A stretch of 64,000 nucleotides of DNA from a virus: positions 16,477 through 80,476 of the IMG/VR virus record IMGVR_UViG_3300045922_000709. One strand, given 5' to 3'. Under the pieces are notes generated by a model. It searched no databases and was not told the DNA's origin. It saw only the letters and a program-made list of their open reading frames with translations. Positions within the stretch are counted from its first letter, which is position 1. Every line of letters begins with the position of its first letter. Of this stretch, positions 9,424 through 21,100 are shown piece by piece. Made by a program: the position numbers and the translations under genes.

Positions 9424-9748
9424 TATTGGTACTTTTAATTTATTTACGAATATAAAAGGTGTTTATAATCAAGAAGCCACTGATGCAGGTTTTCACAATA
9501 ACATTGCATCTAAATTATATATAGAATTAAATGAAGATAATTTATTAAATTGGAAAAATGTATCTGATGAAAATATACAAAAAAATTACATGAGTATGTT
9601 TGAAGGTATTGCTTTCATAGTATTGTGTAGCGATACTTTTACATTTAATGATGTTAATACTTATAGATTTGAAAAAGATAATTTAAGCAATATTTATTGT
9701 TTTTTTAATCAAAAGTTAACTTACGTTTATTTATCCTCTTTCCGATGA
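9416..9748 (+). CDS. Hypothetical protein (110 aa)
   Basis: Overlapping start/stop with both neighbours. Confidence 0.65.
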   Translation: MNDIGTFNLFTNIKGVYNQEATDAGFHNNIASKLYIELNEDNLLNWKNVSDENIQKNYMSMFEGIAFIVLCSDTFTFNDVNTYRFEKDNLSNIYCFFNQKLTYVYLSSFR

Positions 9749-9978
9749 TTATTTTTAATTTTCCCCAATGTTTCGAGTATGCAGGTGCAAGTGTAAATGA
9801 AAAAACCTGCAATTATTATTATGCTCACAAAAATAAAAATGTGAGTTTTGCTGTACAAATACCAATTGGTTTTGATTTTACAAAAAACACAACTTATTTA
9901 GTTAGAGAATCTGATGAAATTAAAGCTGAAACTTCATTAACTGAATTTTTCTCTAAATATGACACTGACGAAGAATAA
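9745..9978 (+). CDS. Hypothetical protein (77 aa)
   Basis: ATGA overlap with the upstream gene. Confidence 0.65.
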   Translation: MIIFNFPQCFEYAGASVNEKTCNYYYAHKNKNVSFAVQIPIGFDFTKNTTYLVRESDEIKAETSLTEFFSKYDTDEE

Positions 9979-9989
9979 AAATAAAATCA

Positions 9990-11300
9990 ATGGTATTTAC
10001 AGAAAAGCAAATGGAAGTTTTGACAAGTTTGTCAAACTGGGCCATTAAAAATAAATTTAACAGTCCTCAAACAGCTGTTTTAAGCGGTTATGCAGGCACT
10101 GGTAAAACAACTATATTAAATCATTTTGTTCATTCTGCTAAAGTAATTAATAAATTAAATGTAGCGTTAACAGCAACAACTCATAAAGCAGCGTTAGAAT
10201 TGAAAAAAAAAACAAACGAAGCTGCATTTACTGTTCATAAATTTATAGGATTATCACCAGATTATTCGTTAGATAATTTTACAATGCAAAATATAAAATT
10301 TATAGCGTCTGCATATAATAAAATGGATAATATAGATATTTTAATTATAGATGAATGTTCAATGATAAATAGAGAATTATATAAATATATAACGACAAAA
10401 AGCGAGTTATTAAATACTAAAATACTTTTTGTAGGAGACCCTTTTCAAGCACCACCTATCGGCGAAGATATTTCAGATTGTTTTGAAAAATCACACGTTA
10501 AATTAAATTTAACGGAGGTGTTAAGACAAGAAAAAACAAACCCAATTGTAAAATATTCTATGAAAATTAGAGAAAATAAAGATTTTAAAATAGTGTTTAA
10601 AGAAAAAGAATCTAAAAATTTTAATGTAAGTAGAGACGATTTGAAATTTAAAAAATGGATTAAAGAAAACATGAATAATTCTTCAAAAATAATAGCTCAC
10701 TCAAACGATAAGGTTAAAAAATATATAACTTTATATAGAAATATATTAAAAAAAGAAAAACCTTTTGATATTGGAGAACCATTAATGATGTATTCTAATT
10801 CATTAGAATTAAATATGTTTAATGGTGAAGAATATACTATACTTAAAAGAGAAGAAAAGTTAAAAACTTTTAACAACAGATATACGGGTAAATCAACAGA
10901 TATTAAAGGTTTTGAACTTTTGGTTCAAGGAGAAGAAGAAAAAAAAAAGATATTTGTAGTTGATGAAAAATTACAAATAGAAAAAGTTATTTTTGAATTA
11001 GATACTTACAAAACCTATGCTATTAGAGAAAAAGATAAAGATTTAAAAAAAGCAAAATTTAAAGAGTTTTTTGATTTAAAACAAAGATATTTGTTTACGA
11101 GACAAATAAGTAAAGATTATGGAAAAGATATAGATTATGCCTATGCGATTACAATTCATAAATCTCAAGGCTCTACTTACGATAATGTATTTTTTGACAT
11201 GTCTTCTTTAGAATATATTCAAAATCAAGAAGAAAGAAATAAATTAATTTATGTGGCGGTCACAAGACCCAGAAACAACATTTATATTTATCAAAATTAA
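9990..11300 (+). CDS. SF1B DNA helicase (Dda/RecD-like)
   Basis: Walker A GYAGTGKTT, TATTHKAA, Walker B IIDECSM, VGDPFQAPPI, YAITIHKSQGSTY, YVAVTRPR. Confidence 0.93.
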   Translation: MVFTEKQMEVLTSLSNWAIKNKFNSPQTAVLSGYAGTGKTTILNHFVHSAKVINKLNVALTATTHKAALELKKKTNEAAFTVHKFIGLSPDYSLDNFTMQNIKFIASAYNKMDNIDILIIDECSMINRELYKYITTKSELLNTKILFVGDPFQAPPIGEDISDCFEKSHVKLNLTEVLRQEKTNPIVKYSMKIRENKDFKIVFKEKESKNFNVSRDDLKFKKWIKENMNNSSKIIAHSNDKVKKYITLYRNILKKEKPFDIGEPLMMYSNSLELNMFNGEEYTILKREEKLKTFNNRYTGKSTDIKGFELLVQGEEEKKKIFVVDEKLQIEKVIFELDTYKTYAIREKDKDLKKAKFKEFFDLKQRYLFTRQISKDYGKDIDYAYAITIHKSQGSTYDNVFFDMSSLEYIQNQEERNKLIYVAVTRPRNNIYIYQN

Positions 11301-11308
11301 TTTAATTT

Positions 11309-13291
11309 ATGGACGTTTTTAAAGCACTTAGCGAATGTGTGGTATATGACAAATATGCTAAATTTATACCTCACTTAAACCGTAGAGAAACATGGCCTGA
11401 AATTATTGACAGATATTGTTTGGCTTTAACAGACAGATTAGATGAAATTAAAAATGATCGTAAAAATAAAAACATCAATATACCGGCAATAGAAAGTTTA
11501 AAAGAATATGTAATGAATGATGTAAAATATTATTTAAATGAAAAATTAATTATTCCTTCTATGAGAGCTTTGCAATTTGCAGGAGAACCTCTTAAAAAAA
11601 GACACAATAGAATATATAATTGTGCGTTCATGCATTTTGAAAATGTTAATTCTTTTGGAGAATTAGCATATAATTTGCTTTGCGGAACAGGTGTTGGATA
11701 TTCAGTTGAAAAAAAACATTTAAAAAATAAATTTAAAAAAACAAACGAAAATGAATTTAACAAAATATCATTTTTATCAGTTGAAGATTCGATAGAAGGT
11801 TGGGCTGATTCTTTTGTTTTTCTTATAGAAAAAAGTCTCAAAGGAAATATTGTAGAATTTGGTTATTCTAGTATTTCAAAAAAAGGAACACCTTTATCTT
11901 CTGGTGGTAAATCTCCTGGCCCAGATCCTTTGGAAAAATCTCATAAAAAAATTGCAGAAATTATAGCAGAAGCTCCTTTGGGAGTTTTGTCTTCATTTAC
12001 AATCCACAGAATTGCTTGTGTTATTGCAGATTGTGTCGTAGCAGGAGGTATAAGAAGAGCTGCTCTAAGTTGTTTATTTGATAATACAGATGAAGAAATG
12101 CTCACTTGTAAACAAACATCAGATTGGTATATTAAATATCCTGAATTAGCTAGATGTAATAATAGTGCAGTTTGGTATAGAGAAAAATTAAAAGATAAAG
12201 TTTATCTTAGAAAATATAAAAAATTCTTAAAAAACTTATTAAACAGTGGATTTGGAGAACCTGGGATTTTTCTTTCTTCTAACCCTTCCATGGGTACAAA
12301 TCCTTGTTTTGAAATTGCTTTAAATAATAAACAATTTTGTAATTTAGTAGAAATTAATGTAGAAAAATATAAAAATTTTAAAAACAAACCAATTGCTTCT
12401 AAATTTCCTGTTAAAGCAAAAAGTCTTATAAAAGCTGCTACAACAATTGCTACAATTCAAGCATCTTTTACAAAATTTAAATATCTTAAAGGCTGGGATA
12501 AAATAACTGAAAAAGAAGCTTTAATTGGTGTTAGTAAAACAGGATTTATTAGCAACCCTTCAACTGTTTGTTCAGATCATGATGATTTTAACAATCATAA
12601 AGAATTAGTTGATTCTATTAATAAAGATGTAGCAAGAATAATTGGTATTAACCCTGCTGCAAGAACAAGAACAATTAAGCCTTCCGGCACAGCAAGTTTG
12701 GTTCTTGAAACATCTCCCGGTATTCACCCTTATTATGCGCCTTTCTTTTTAAGAGCTGTTAGATACAACAAAGATTCTGCTATTGCAAAACATTTTATAA
12801 ATACTTTAGGTTATGATAGCGGTTTAGTTGAAGATGACAAAATGTCTAAAAACACAATTGTTGTATATTTTCCAATTAAAGTTAATGTAGCAAGAAAAGA
12901 CACAGCTGTTGAACTAAAACCAGAAAATATGTTAAATTATACTTTTAGCACATATAAAAACTGGATAAAAACAGACATGGATATACCTTTTGAAAACACA
13001 AATAATGTAAGTGTCACTGTTAATTATGATAATCGAAACGAAAAAGAAAAAAAAGAAATTATAAAACTATTAATCGAAAACATTGAAAATTATGCAGCTA
13101 TATCTTTTTTACCTAAATCTCACGACTACCCTCAAGCACCTATTTCAGAAATTACAGAAGACGAATATAATAGAAAAAGCAAGATATTTTCCGAAAGATA
13201 TATTTCGGTTGTGAATATTAAAGAATTTGAAGACAATGTTAATTTTGATAACTCAATAAGTTGTGAAGGAGCATCATGCGAGATTTTGTAA
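11309..13291 (+). CDS. nrdJ: Ribonucleotide reductase, class II (adenosylcobalamin-dependent)
   Basis: RRETWPE, PSMRALQFAG, YNCAF, GGIRRAA, TNPCFEI, TIKPSGTASL, C-terminal CEGASC redox pair; no beta-subunit gene adjacent. Confidence 0.88.
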   Translation: MDVFKALSECVVYDKYAKFIPHLNRRETWPEIIDRYCLALTDRLDEIKNDRKNKNINIPAIESLKEYVMNDVKYYLNEKLIIPSMRALQFAGEPLKKRHNRIYNCAFMHFENVNSFGELAYNLLCGTGVGYSVEKKHLKNKFKKTNENEFNKISFLSVEDSIEGWADSFVFLIEKSLKGNIVEFGYSSISKKGTPLSSGGKSPGPDPLEKSHKKIAEIIAEAPLGVLSSFTIHRIACVIADCVVAGGIRRAALSCLFDNTDEEMLTCKQTSDWYIKYPELARCNNSAVWYREKLKDKVYLRKYKKFLKNLLNSGFGEPGIFLSSNPSMGTNPCFEIALNNKQFCNLVEINVEKYKNFKNKPIASKFPVKAKSLIKAATTIATIQASFTKFKYLKGWDKITEKEALIGVSKTGFISNPSTVCSDHDDFNNHKELVDSINKDVARIIGINPAARTRTIKPSGTASLVLETSPGIHPYYAPFFLRAVRYNKDSAIAKHFINTLGYDSGLVEDDKMSKNTIVVYFPIKVNVARKDTAVELKPENMLNYTFSTYKNWIKTDMDIPFENTNNVSVTVNYDNRNEKEKKEIIKLLIENIENYAAISFLPKSHDYPQAPISEITEDEYNRKSKIFSERYISVVNIKEFEDNVNFDNSISCEGASCEIL

Positions 13292-13833
13292 TTAGAAAAA
13301 ATCATGAAATAATAGGTTGGAAAATCATAAATAATTTTGATGTAGAGCCTTGCATAGGTTGGAACAATTCACACTATTATTGTTTAGAAAAAACAAAAAA
13401 TAGCGAATATATTATAAATAAAAAAAAATTAGATAATCCTAATAATATTTTTAAAACTAAAACAGATTTATTAGAAAAATTATTAAAAAATTGGATAGAG
13501 ATTCAAGATATATTTATACCTTTTAGTTTTATATCTTTTACAATAGATAATTCACATCAAAATTTTTATTTTAATTATGATAAATCATTAGATTTACAAT
13601 ATGAAAATTACGAACGTTTAGATAAAAATAAAATATATGCGGTTAATAAAACTACAAAAAAAATAGAAATAAAAGATAAACACAATATTGACGAAAGTAA
13701 TTTTTTATCTGTCACAAATAATTTAATAACTTCTATTCATTCTGCTTTAAATTATATATTTAAAAATAATGGTGCTAATATAACTTTTATAATTTTTTAC
13801 AAACCGTTTTTTCTATTTTATGATGAAAAATAA
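13276..13833 (+). CDS. Hypothetical protein (185 aa)
   Basis: Packed co-oriented ORF. Confidence 0.6.
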   Translation: MRDFVIRKNHEIIGWKIINNFDVEPCIGWNNSHYYCLEKTKNSEYIINKKKLDNPNNIFKTKTDLLEKLLKNWIEIQDIFIPFSFISFTIDNSHQNFYFNYDKSLDLQYENYERLDKNKIYAVNKTTKKIEIKDKHNIDESNFLSVTNNLITSIHSALNYIFKNNGANITFIIFYKPFFLFYDEK

Positions 13834-14119
13834 AACAAAAATAGGGTTTGATTCAAATATTTTAAAATTTAATAACGGCGTTGGGCTTTTAAAAACATTA
13901 ATAAAAGATTATGGTAAAGAATATATATATATATTTCACGAACCTTATTTTGACTTAGAATATTTAAACTCATATATAAAAATTGCAAATATTATACAAT
14001 TAAATGAATTTTATATATGTGAAGATTTTATAAAAGAAAAAAATATATCTATTGTATACACGAATAGAGAATTAGATTTATATAAAATAGAAAATCTTAT
14101 TATTCATTGTTTTGATTAA
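13820..14119 (+). CDS. Hypothetical protein (99 aa)
   Basis: Last + strand ORF before the terminator. Confidence 0.6.
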   Translation: MMKNKTKIGFDSNILKFNNGVGLLKTLIKDYGKEYIYIFHEPYFDLEYLNSYIKIANIIQLNEFYICEDFIKEKNISIVYTNRELDLYKIENLIIHCFD

Positions 14120-14121
14120 AT

Positions 14122-14150
14122 AAAAAAAGGGGCTTCGGCCCCTTTTTTTT
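14122..14150. terminator. Bidirectional intrinsic terminator
   Basis: A7-GGGGC-TTCG-GCCCC-T8 (cUUCGg tetraloop) between the convergent replication and virion modules. Confidence 0.93.
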
Positions 14151-14166
14151 ATTAAAATAAGTTTTA

Positions 14167-17100
14167 TTAATTTAATACAGGATTTTCTGAAACAGCTATA
14201 TTTGTGTTTCTTCTAAATCTTTCTATACCAGATGCACCAGGAATAAGACTTAAGAAAGAATTTACAAATCTATACCTAAACGTATCATTATTATCATCGT
14301 CTGTTTCAACAACCATAGATCTCATTAAATAAGGATCTGTTTCGGTTTCTACTATAGCATCTTTAACATCTGCAAGAAAATTAAAAATTTTATAAACATA
14401 CGATATACCAGAATCAGCTTTTGTAGCAGCTGCTATTATACCCGCATTTAAAGGTTTTTTATCATAAAATAATGTTGCTACAGATATAGGTAAAAATGCC
14501 ATAGAAGCAACTTCTCCTTTTAATTTTGAAGTTAAATTATACATTAATTTTTCCCATCTATTTAAATCTTCCCATGCTTCTGAATCTTCTTCTTCATCGT
14601 CACCCCAAGAAGGTAGCATGTGAGTAAAAACTGTAAATATTAAAGAAACAATTACATATGACGCAAAATCTTTATAAGATTGTTCGTTAAATAAATCTTT
14701 AACCATGTCGTTTTTATCTTTACCTGTCATTAATATAAATATATTTTTTAAGTGATTTGAAAAATCTTTGCTAAAAAGACCCATCATAACACTCATTGAA
14801 CTTTTTCTTTCTTCACCTGTCGTTATGTCAAAATAATCTTCAAAACCTAAACTAATCCATTGAAATATCCAAGATTTAAACACTCCTATTGATCTAAAAA
14901 AAGCTGTCATGTTTAAATAAATAGGTCTGTTTCTATCCATGTTTCCTGAAATTTTTTCCATAATAATTCTATATTCTAAAGCAATTTGCGTCAATTTATC
15001 TTTATACATAGGATTTACTATATATTCGTTTGTTTCTTCATCTTTTATTAACACATCGTCTATATTTAAATCTTGTTTATTAAGTAATGTTAAAAGAATA
15101 GTTTGTCCATAAAATTTACTAACTATTTCTTGAAAAATATATAAATCAAATTTATCTCTTATTCTACCTACTATTGTTTTATCAGGATCTCCTAAACCAT
15201 AAATAATTTTATCTATATTATTATCTAAATTTAAAGCTTCAAATAAATATCCCATTTTAGTTTGAAATCTTTGATTTATCCCATTACCCACATGTTCAAA
15301 ATCAAAAAATCTAAAAATAGGATTAAATGTTTTATCGAGATGTTTAAAACGAGTGTTGTTTAAATTTAAAAGATCTCTCCAAGTAAAAAATTCGCCGCTC
15401 ATTGCAAGTCTGGCAAGAGTCATTAGGCCTTGAAAAAAGTCCATTGTAGCAGTGACTAAACTAAAGCCTAAGCCTGTAAGACGAGACATTGTAGCCAAAG
15501 AATCTAAAATAGCATCTGGGTGAGTTTTTTCACCTATGTTTAACATTTCATCTTCTAAATGTCTAACCATGTATATTTTTTCATCTTCTGTAAATCTATT
15601 AGAATTTAATATAGACTCTATAGATTTTTGAATTTTTGTTATTTGTTTTTCTTGCTGTCTGTTTTTAGAAAAAGAATTAAATATTTCTAGTTTTAATTGT
15701 TTTAATTTTTCATTAGCTTCATTAATTTTAGAAGTAGAATTAGTTGCTAATGCTTCTTTTAATTCTTCTACAATCTGTTTCCATTGCGGATAAAACTTTT
15801 TATCGTTATACCTATCGGTTTCATCAAACACTTTATCTACATTTTTTGTAAAATCGGGATTACCTCTCCTTTGATATTTTTTAGAACTACCATATAAATC
15901 TGCTTGCTGATAAAAAGTTAAAAGATCAATTTCTTTTCTTAAAACAGATTCATCGGTGTATGTATCTTCTAAAATAGTTTGAGCAGCATTATAAACAGGT
16001 ACTAATTTTTGTTTTTCTAAATAAGCTTCATGATTAGTTTTTGCTCTTAATATAATAGTGTAAAGAGCTTGAGATTTATCTGAACCCCCTATATTCCCTA
16101 ATTGTCTTGGAAAATAAACGGTTTGGTTGTTTCCTTTTGCTAAATCCAACCCTTCTCTTAATTTTGATCTATCTAATTTATAAAAGCTTTTAATAAAATC
16201 TTTAGCTTGTTCGGGAAATATTCTTAAAAAATAATCGCTCGGATTATTATATTCTTCTTTTAATGTTTTAGCCATCTCATATATATACGTATGATGAGGT
16301 ATATCTAAAGGATTTTGAGAATTAGCCCAAATAATACCCATTTCTAAAGACACAAAAGTTAAATACTCTACCTTTGCTCCAATTTTGTGATTTTTTTGTG
16401 CTTTTACAAAATAACTACCTTGTTCAGTTCTTTTTATTTCAGCGTTTTTTAAATAATCGATATAATCACTTATATATTCTGTGTTTTTAATATTTATCAT
16501 TTCTCCATCTAAACCTGGTATTTGATCTTTGTATTTAAATTTAATTAAACCTTTCTTTTGTAAAGATTCGCTTGTGCTTCTAAATTGTTCATCAAACATT
16601 GGGTGCAATGTCGGATCATTCATTGTTTCTATAAAAAATAAAAGTCTATCTATTTGAGATAATCCATAGATTTTATTATTCATTATATCACTATTTAAAT
16701 CTGAAATAAGTCTTTCGTTTGTAGCCTGTATAGCTAAAAAAGCTTCCATATTTTCTACATTTTGAATCATCATTTCTCTTGCTTCATCTATATTATTTAC
16801 ATTTTTAAATGTAGGGTCAACAAGAGGTTCAAATCTTTCTATAATTTTAGCAGGATTTCTAAATTTTTGTTTACCCACATCGCTAAATACATAAGCTTTA
16901 ATCGAATCATATAATTCTCTTGATATAAATACTTTATCTACTGCTGAATTAGGCCCAGAATGTAGCTTTTTATAAGTTTCATTGTCTGTGTTTAATGTAA
17001 ATTGTAAAAAATCACAAGCAATAGAACTTTGCAAATACATTCCACTTGCATTCAATATATTTTTTTGCAATCCTTCATTTAAAGTTGTGAAAAGTTTACT

Positions 17101-18180
17101 TTTAGCAAAATTCCCTTTTAATTTATCTATCGTTGCTATAATATCAGTATCTTTATAACCGGCTTTTCTAAAAGATTTATAAAAACCATCTAACGTAGAT
17201 TTAAAATTAAATACACTAACTGAAATATTTTCTCTAATTACTTCAGATAATTTAGCAGTTAATTGAATAGCGACATTTTGTTTTTTAGCATTAGATATAT
17301 GTCTCCAAATTAAACCAGGTAAAGGTTTAAATTTATCGACAATAACCCAACCTTTTTGAAAATCAAATGTAAAAATATTACTTTTTTTAGACAAAACTTT
17401 ATGATATTCTCCTAATCTAATAGAATATGTTTCTGCCATTATTTTTTGAATTTGTAATTGTTTTGTCATAAAAGAATTTATTTCTGCATTTTGTTTTTTT
17501 AAACCATCATTAATTTTATTGTTGTTTTCTTTATCTTTCGGATTTTTTTGATTTTCTATTTCTATAAGTTTATCTAATGTAGCTTCTAATAAAGTTAAAT
17601 CTTTCAAAACCTCATTATAAGACTTTGCAACGTCCATAAATTCCATTAAATGTCTAAATTCATCAGTATCTTCAATAGTACCTAAACCTATTTCATCTAT
17701 ATTTCTGTCTAATTTTTCAGATATAAAATCTTTATAAAAATTCAAATCTAAATTTTCAGGAAAAGCTTTATCGAAATAAATACCATGCAACTGTTTAAAA
17801 CTTTCTATAATTTTTATTTTAGCTTCAACTACAGACTTTTTTATATAAACATTTCTTGTTTCTTTTTTAATCTCATTTGATTTAATTTCTAATTGACTTA
17901 CTAAAGATGAACTAAGAGACTGAAATTTACCATGTTTAATTTTCTCTAAAGCTTTATTAAAAACATTTAAAGGTGTGTTGATAGGTGCTGATTTTAATAA
18001 AAAATAAGCATCAATAGAATCAATTGTAGGCTCTCCGTTAGAGTCCTTTTCAAATTGATCCCATTTACTAAATATTTCATCACCGTATACATTGGTGTAA
18101 ATTTGTTTAGCTTTTGCTTCCCCATACTTAGAAAGCAAATTCCTAAACAGTTTTGAATTAGATAAAGAAGAACAATTCAT
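14167..18180 (-). CDS. Large virion cargo (ejection) protein, 1337 aa
   Basis: Directly follows the vRNAP gene as in crAss-like phages; helical, with a C-terminal hydrophobic segment followed by an acidic patch (VIVSLIFTVFTHMLPSWGDDEEED). Confidence 0.7.
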   Translation of the reverse strand: MNCSSLSNSKLFRNLLSKYGEAKAKQIYTNVYGDEIFSKWDQFEKDSNGEPTIDSIDAYFLLKSAPINTPLNVFNKALEKIKHGKFQSLSSSLVSQLEIKSNEIKKETRNVYIKKSVVEAKIKIIESFKQLHGIYFDKAFPENLDLNFYKDFISEKLDRNIDEIGLGTIEDTDEFRHLMEFMDVAKSYNEVLKDLTLLEATLDKLIEIENQKNPKDKENNNKINDGLKKQNAEINSFMTKQLQIQKIMAETYSIRLGEYHKVLSKKSNIFTFDFQKGWVIVDKFKPLPGLIWRHISNAKKQNVAIQLTAKLSEVIRENISVSVFNFKSTLDGFYKSFRKAGYKDTDIIATIDKLKGNFAKSKLFTTLNEGLQKNILNASGMYLQSSIACDFLQFTLNTDNETYKKLHSGPNSAVDKVFISRELYDSIKAYVFSDVGKQKFRNPAKIIERFEPLVDPTFKNVNNIDEAREMMIQNVENMEAFLAIQATNERLISDLNSDIMNNKIYGLSQIDRLLFFIETMNDPTLHPMFDEQFRSTSESLQKKGLIKFKYKDQIPGLDGEMINIKNTEYISDYIDYLKNAEIKRTEQGSYFVKAQKNHKIGAKVEYLTFVSLEMGIIWANSQNPLDIPHHTYIYEMAKTLKEEYNNPSDYFLRIFPEQAKDFIKSFYKLDRSKLREGLDLAKGNNQTVYFPRQLGNIGGSDKSQALYTIILRAKTNHEAYLEKQKLVPVYNAAQTILEDTYTDESVLRKEIDLLTFYQQADLYGSSKKYQRRGNPDFTKNVDKVFDETDRYNDKKFYPQWKQIVEELKEALATNSTSKINEANEKLKQLKLEIFNSFSKNRQQEKQITKIQKSIESILNSNRFTEDEKIYMVRHLEDEMLNIGEKTHPDAILDSLATMSRLTGLGFSLVTATMDFFQGLMTLARLAMSGEFFTWRDLLNLNNTRFKHLDKTFNPIFRFFDFEHVGNGINQRFQTKMGYLFEALNLDNNIDKIIYGLGDPDKTIVGRIRDKFDLYIFQEIVSKFYGQTILLTLLNKQDLNIDDVLIKDEETNEYIVNPMYKDKLTQIALEYRIIMEKISGNMDRNRPIYLNMTAFFRSIGVFKSWIFQWISLGFEDYFDITTGEERKSSMSVMMGLFSKDFSNHLKNIFILMTGKDKNDMVKDLFNEQSYKDFASYVIVSLIFTVFTHMLPSWGDDEEEDSEAWEDLNRWEKLMYNLTSKLKGEVASMAFLPISVATLFYDKKPLNAGIIAAATKADSGISYVYKIFNFLADVKDAIVETETDPYLMRSMVVETDDDNNDTFRYRFVNSFLSLIPGASGIERFRRNTNIAVSENPVLN

Positions 18181-21100
18181 TTAACAAATGTTAATACCTA
18201 AAGCTTTTAATCTGGCAATGCCTGTTAAATCTACTTGATTACTAGTCTTAATGTTATCTGCAAGAAAAGTAGAATTAAATTCTTCAACAAACAACTGTGC
18301 TAAATTTATATCATTAGTTTTATTAAAAATAAATCTTTTTAACACATCACTTATTTCCTTAATTATTCTATGGAAATAAGTTTCATCTTTGGTTATATTG
18401 ACATCGTTCATAAGACTTCTAAAAGAATTATATCTAAAAAATGCAGCTGTAAATTCAGCAACACCTACTTCCGGACTTTTAGCAAAAGATTGGGCTAAAT
18501 AATCCAACACATGCTGCTGTTCTTGTGTAATTCTTAAACCTTTTTTCTTTCTTTCTTCCAAATCTTTAATTAAAAAGTTATAAATGCTTTGGAATTTTTG
18601 AACTGTAGCCTTGTTATTAACTATATTATCTATTGTAACAGCATGAAAAACTTCTTCAAATAAAATATCATTAAATATTTCAGCACTTATATTCCCTTTA
18701 ACTGTTATCGTATTACTATTTCTATCAAAAAATCCAGGAGAACTATTAGGTAAAGTGTCATCAATTACAAGATTTATAGATCTTAAATCAATGCCTGCAA
18801 ATTTTGCTAACTCTAATATTAAATTTTTCTTATAAGACGGCAGTTTGTCTAAATAATCAATTATATTAGGATTAGCTATTTCTTTAGTTTTTTCAACTTC
18901 TTTTATTAAAGTTAAAGTAGGCGTTTTAGATTCAAATATCTCTTTAAATTTATCTACAAAAGTTTTAAAAAATGGAGAGTTAAAATCTAAAAAATCAGAA
19001 TAACTTTTATTTTTTATATATACTAAATAATCAGAAGGAATGTAAGGAAATAAAGTTTTATTTCCAAAACTTGTAGCATTTGTCATTAATGTGCTTTTTA
19101 TCAAAAGTATAGCAAATTGATTATCTAACACATCGTTAGACATTAATAAACTATACCAATCATTAACTATTTGATTTTTATCAGGTTTTACCAAATTATT
19201 TATACCATAATAGCCTTCGTCATAAAGTTCTAAACTAATTAAAAGTTTATTATTAGGGTGTCTTTTTCTAACGTAAGGTAATAGTTCGTTTAATTTATCA
19301 GTTATAATCTTTAAATTTTTAAATTCGCCAACAACCGCTTCTGAATAAACATATCCATTTAATACATTAAAGAAATATACTAACGACTTTTTAAAAGAAC
19401 CTAAAGATTTAAATGCAGATTCTAAGTTACTTAACAAATTATCTCGATATAAAGGTATTATATTTCTTAAAACCTTAGATGGTAAATTTAATACAATATC
19501 GTTCATTACTTCATATATAGTTTTATTATCATTTGTATTATCTATTAAATACTCAATGTTTCCAAAAGGACTTTGACCAGCTTTACTTAAATTTCTTATT
19601 TTAGCTAAATCTTGTTTTTGTCTTATGTTGTCTATTACAAATGCTCCTGCTTTTTTAGCTTGAGGTCTTATAACACTTTGAGTACCTCGATAAGCATCTG
19701 CAAGTTTAACTATAGCTGCAAAATTTGCTAAATCTAATTTATATTTAGTTCCAATAACTTTTCCTTCAGCATTTAATATATTTTCTTCTTTAATTATAGC
19801 GTTAGTATTAGGTATTACATTTTCAGTTTGCATCATTTCTTCAACAGCCATATTCATGTCTTGAAGTTTTTCATATTTTTCAATATATCTATTTATTAAA
19901 GCTTGATTATCTGTAAATGTAGAAACAATGTCTTTTTCTGAAAAACCAAGAGCTGCTAATAAATTACAAATATATTGAGTTGCATCTTTAATTAAAAGAG
20001 TGTTTAGTTTAGGGTCTTTAATATTATCAAGCGCAAGGTTTTGGAGTTGAGACAAAACGTCAATTCTTTTAGATGTTCCGTCAATTGTTTTTTCACCAAA
20101 AAATTCTGCAAATAATAAATTTTGACCATTTGCTTTTTTAATTACAACATGGTGTTTAGGTTTAAGATATACTTTTGCTTCTTGAAATTTAACAAAGCCT
20201 GTTACACCTAATGAAAACGCACCCACCGCTGTTTTACCAGCTTTAGCATCTTCATAAAGTCCCATTTGATAATCAAGACCAGCTGGGTCAAGAGATGCCG
20301 GTTTAGCTTTATCTAATTCAGTTGCTAATTCTGCAAATTTACCACCCCCAATTGCATAAAACATTTCATGATATCTATTTGGATCTTTTATCAATTTTAA
20401 TTTAGTTCTTATAAGTCTATTAGATAAAGAATTATTTTTAGAAGGGTCTACTTTATAATAATAATGTTTATCAATATCGAAGTCAGCTCCCATCGATACC
20501 AAGACAGTTGGGTCACAAATAATCATGTTACCCATTATAGGTGATAAATAACCTACTATAGTTTGAGGTCTTGCTGACTGAAGTCCTGATGTAGGCAATC
20601 TAAACCCTAATATTTCTTTAGGTAAAAACTTATTATATTTTTCAGGATTTTCTAAATATTTTTCAAAACCTTTTATTTTTGCAGAATTATCTGAACTTGG
20701 TTTAAAGCGTTTAGTTTTTTCATCATATGCGTAATCCCAAGGTATAATTGTCTCATTTACACCTAATTGTTTTTTATTTTTATCAAACATATATATTCCG
20801 TTTTTATTTTGTAAATCATCTATTCTATCTAAATAATCATCAGACAACAAAACAGCAGCGTTACCTGGTAATTTTAAATCAATTGTTTTTGAAAATAAAG
20901 CTAAAATTTTAGATTCAAAAATTTTCCAAGAATTAGATTCAAATAAACTTTGACCTAATTCAAGTTCTCTTAAAGCGTTTATATCATTTAAATCTTTCTT
21001 TAAAATATCTCTTAATTTTTTATCTAAATTTTCAATAAGCTGATTAAAATCTTCAGAATCTTCAGCTAAATTTTCTATGTTTTCTACACCTAATTCTTTT

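Noticed and set aside
428-12387. Minus-strand ORFs in the replication module (428, 6520, 6747, 7313, 9111, 10445, 11530, 12202)
   Set aside because: Antisense shadows fully overlapping well-supported + strand genes; F/L/S-rich and without motifs.
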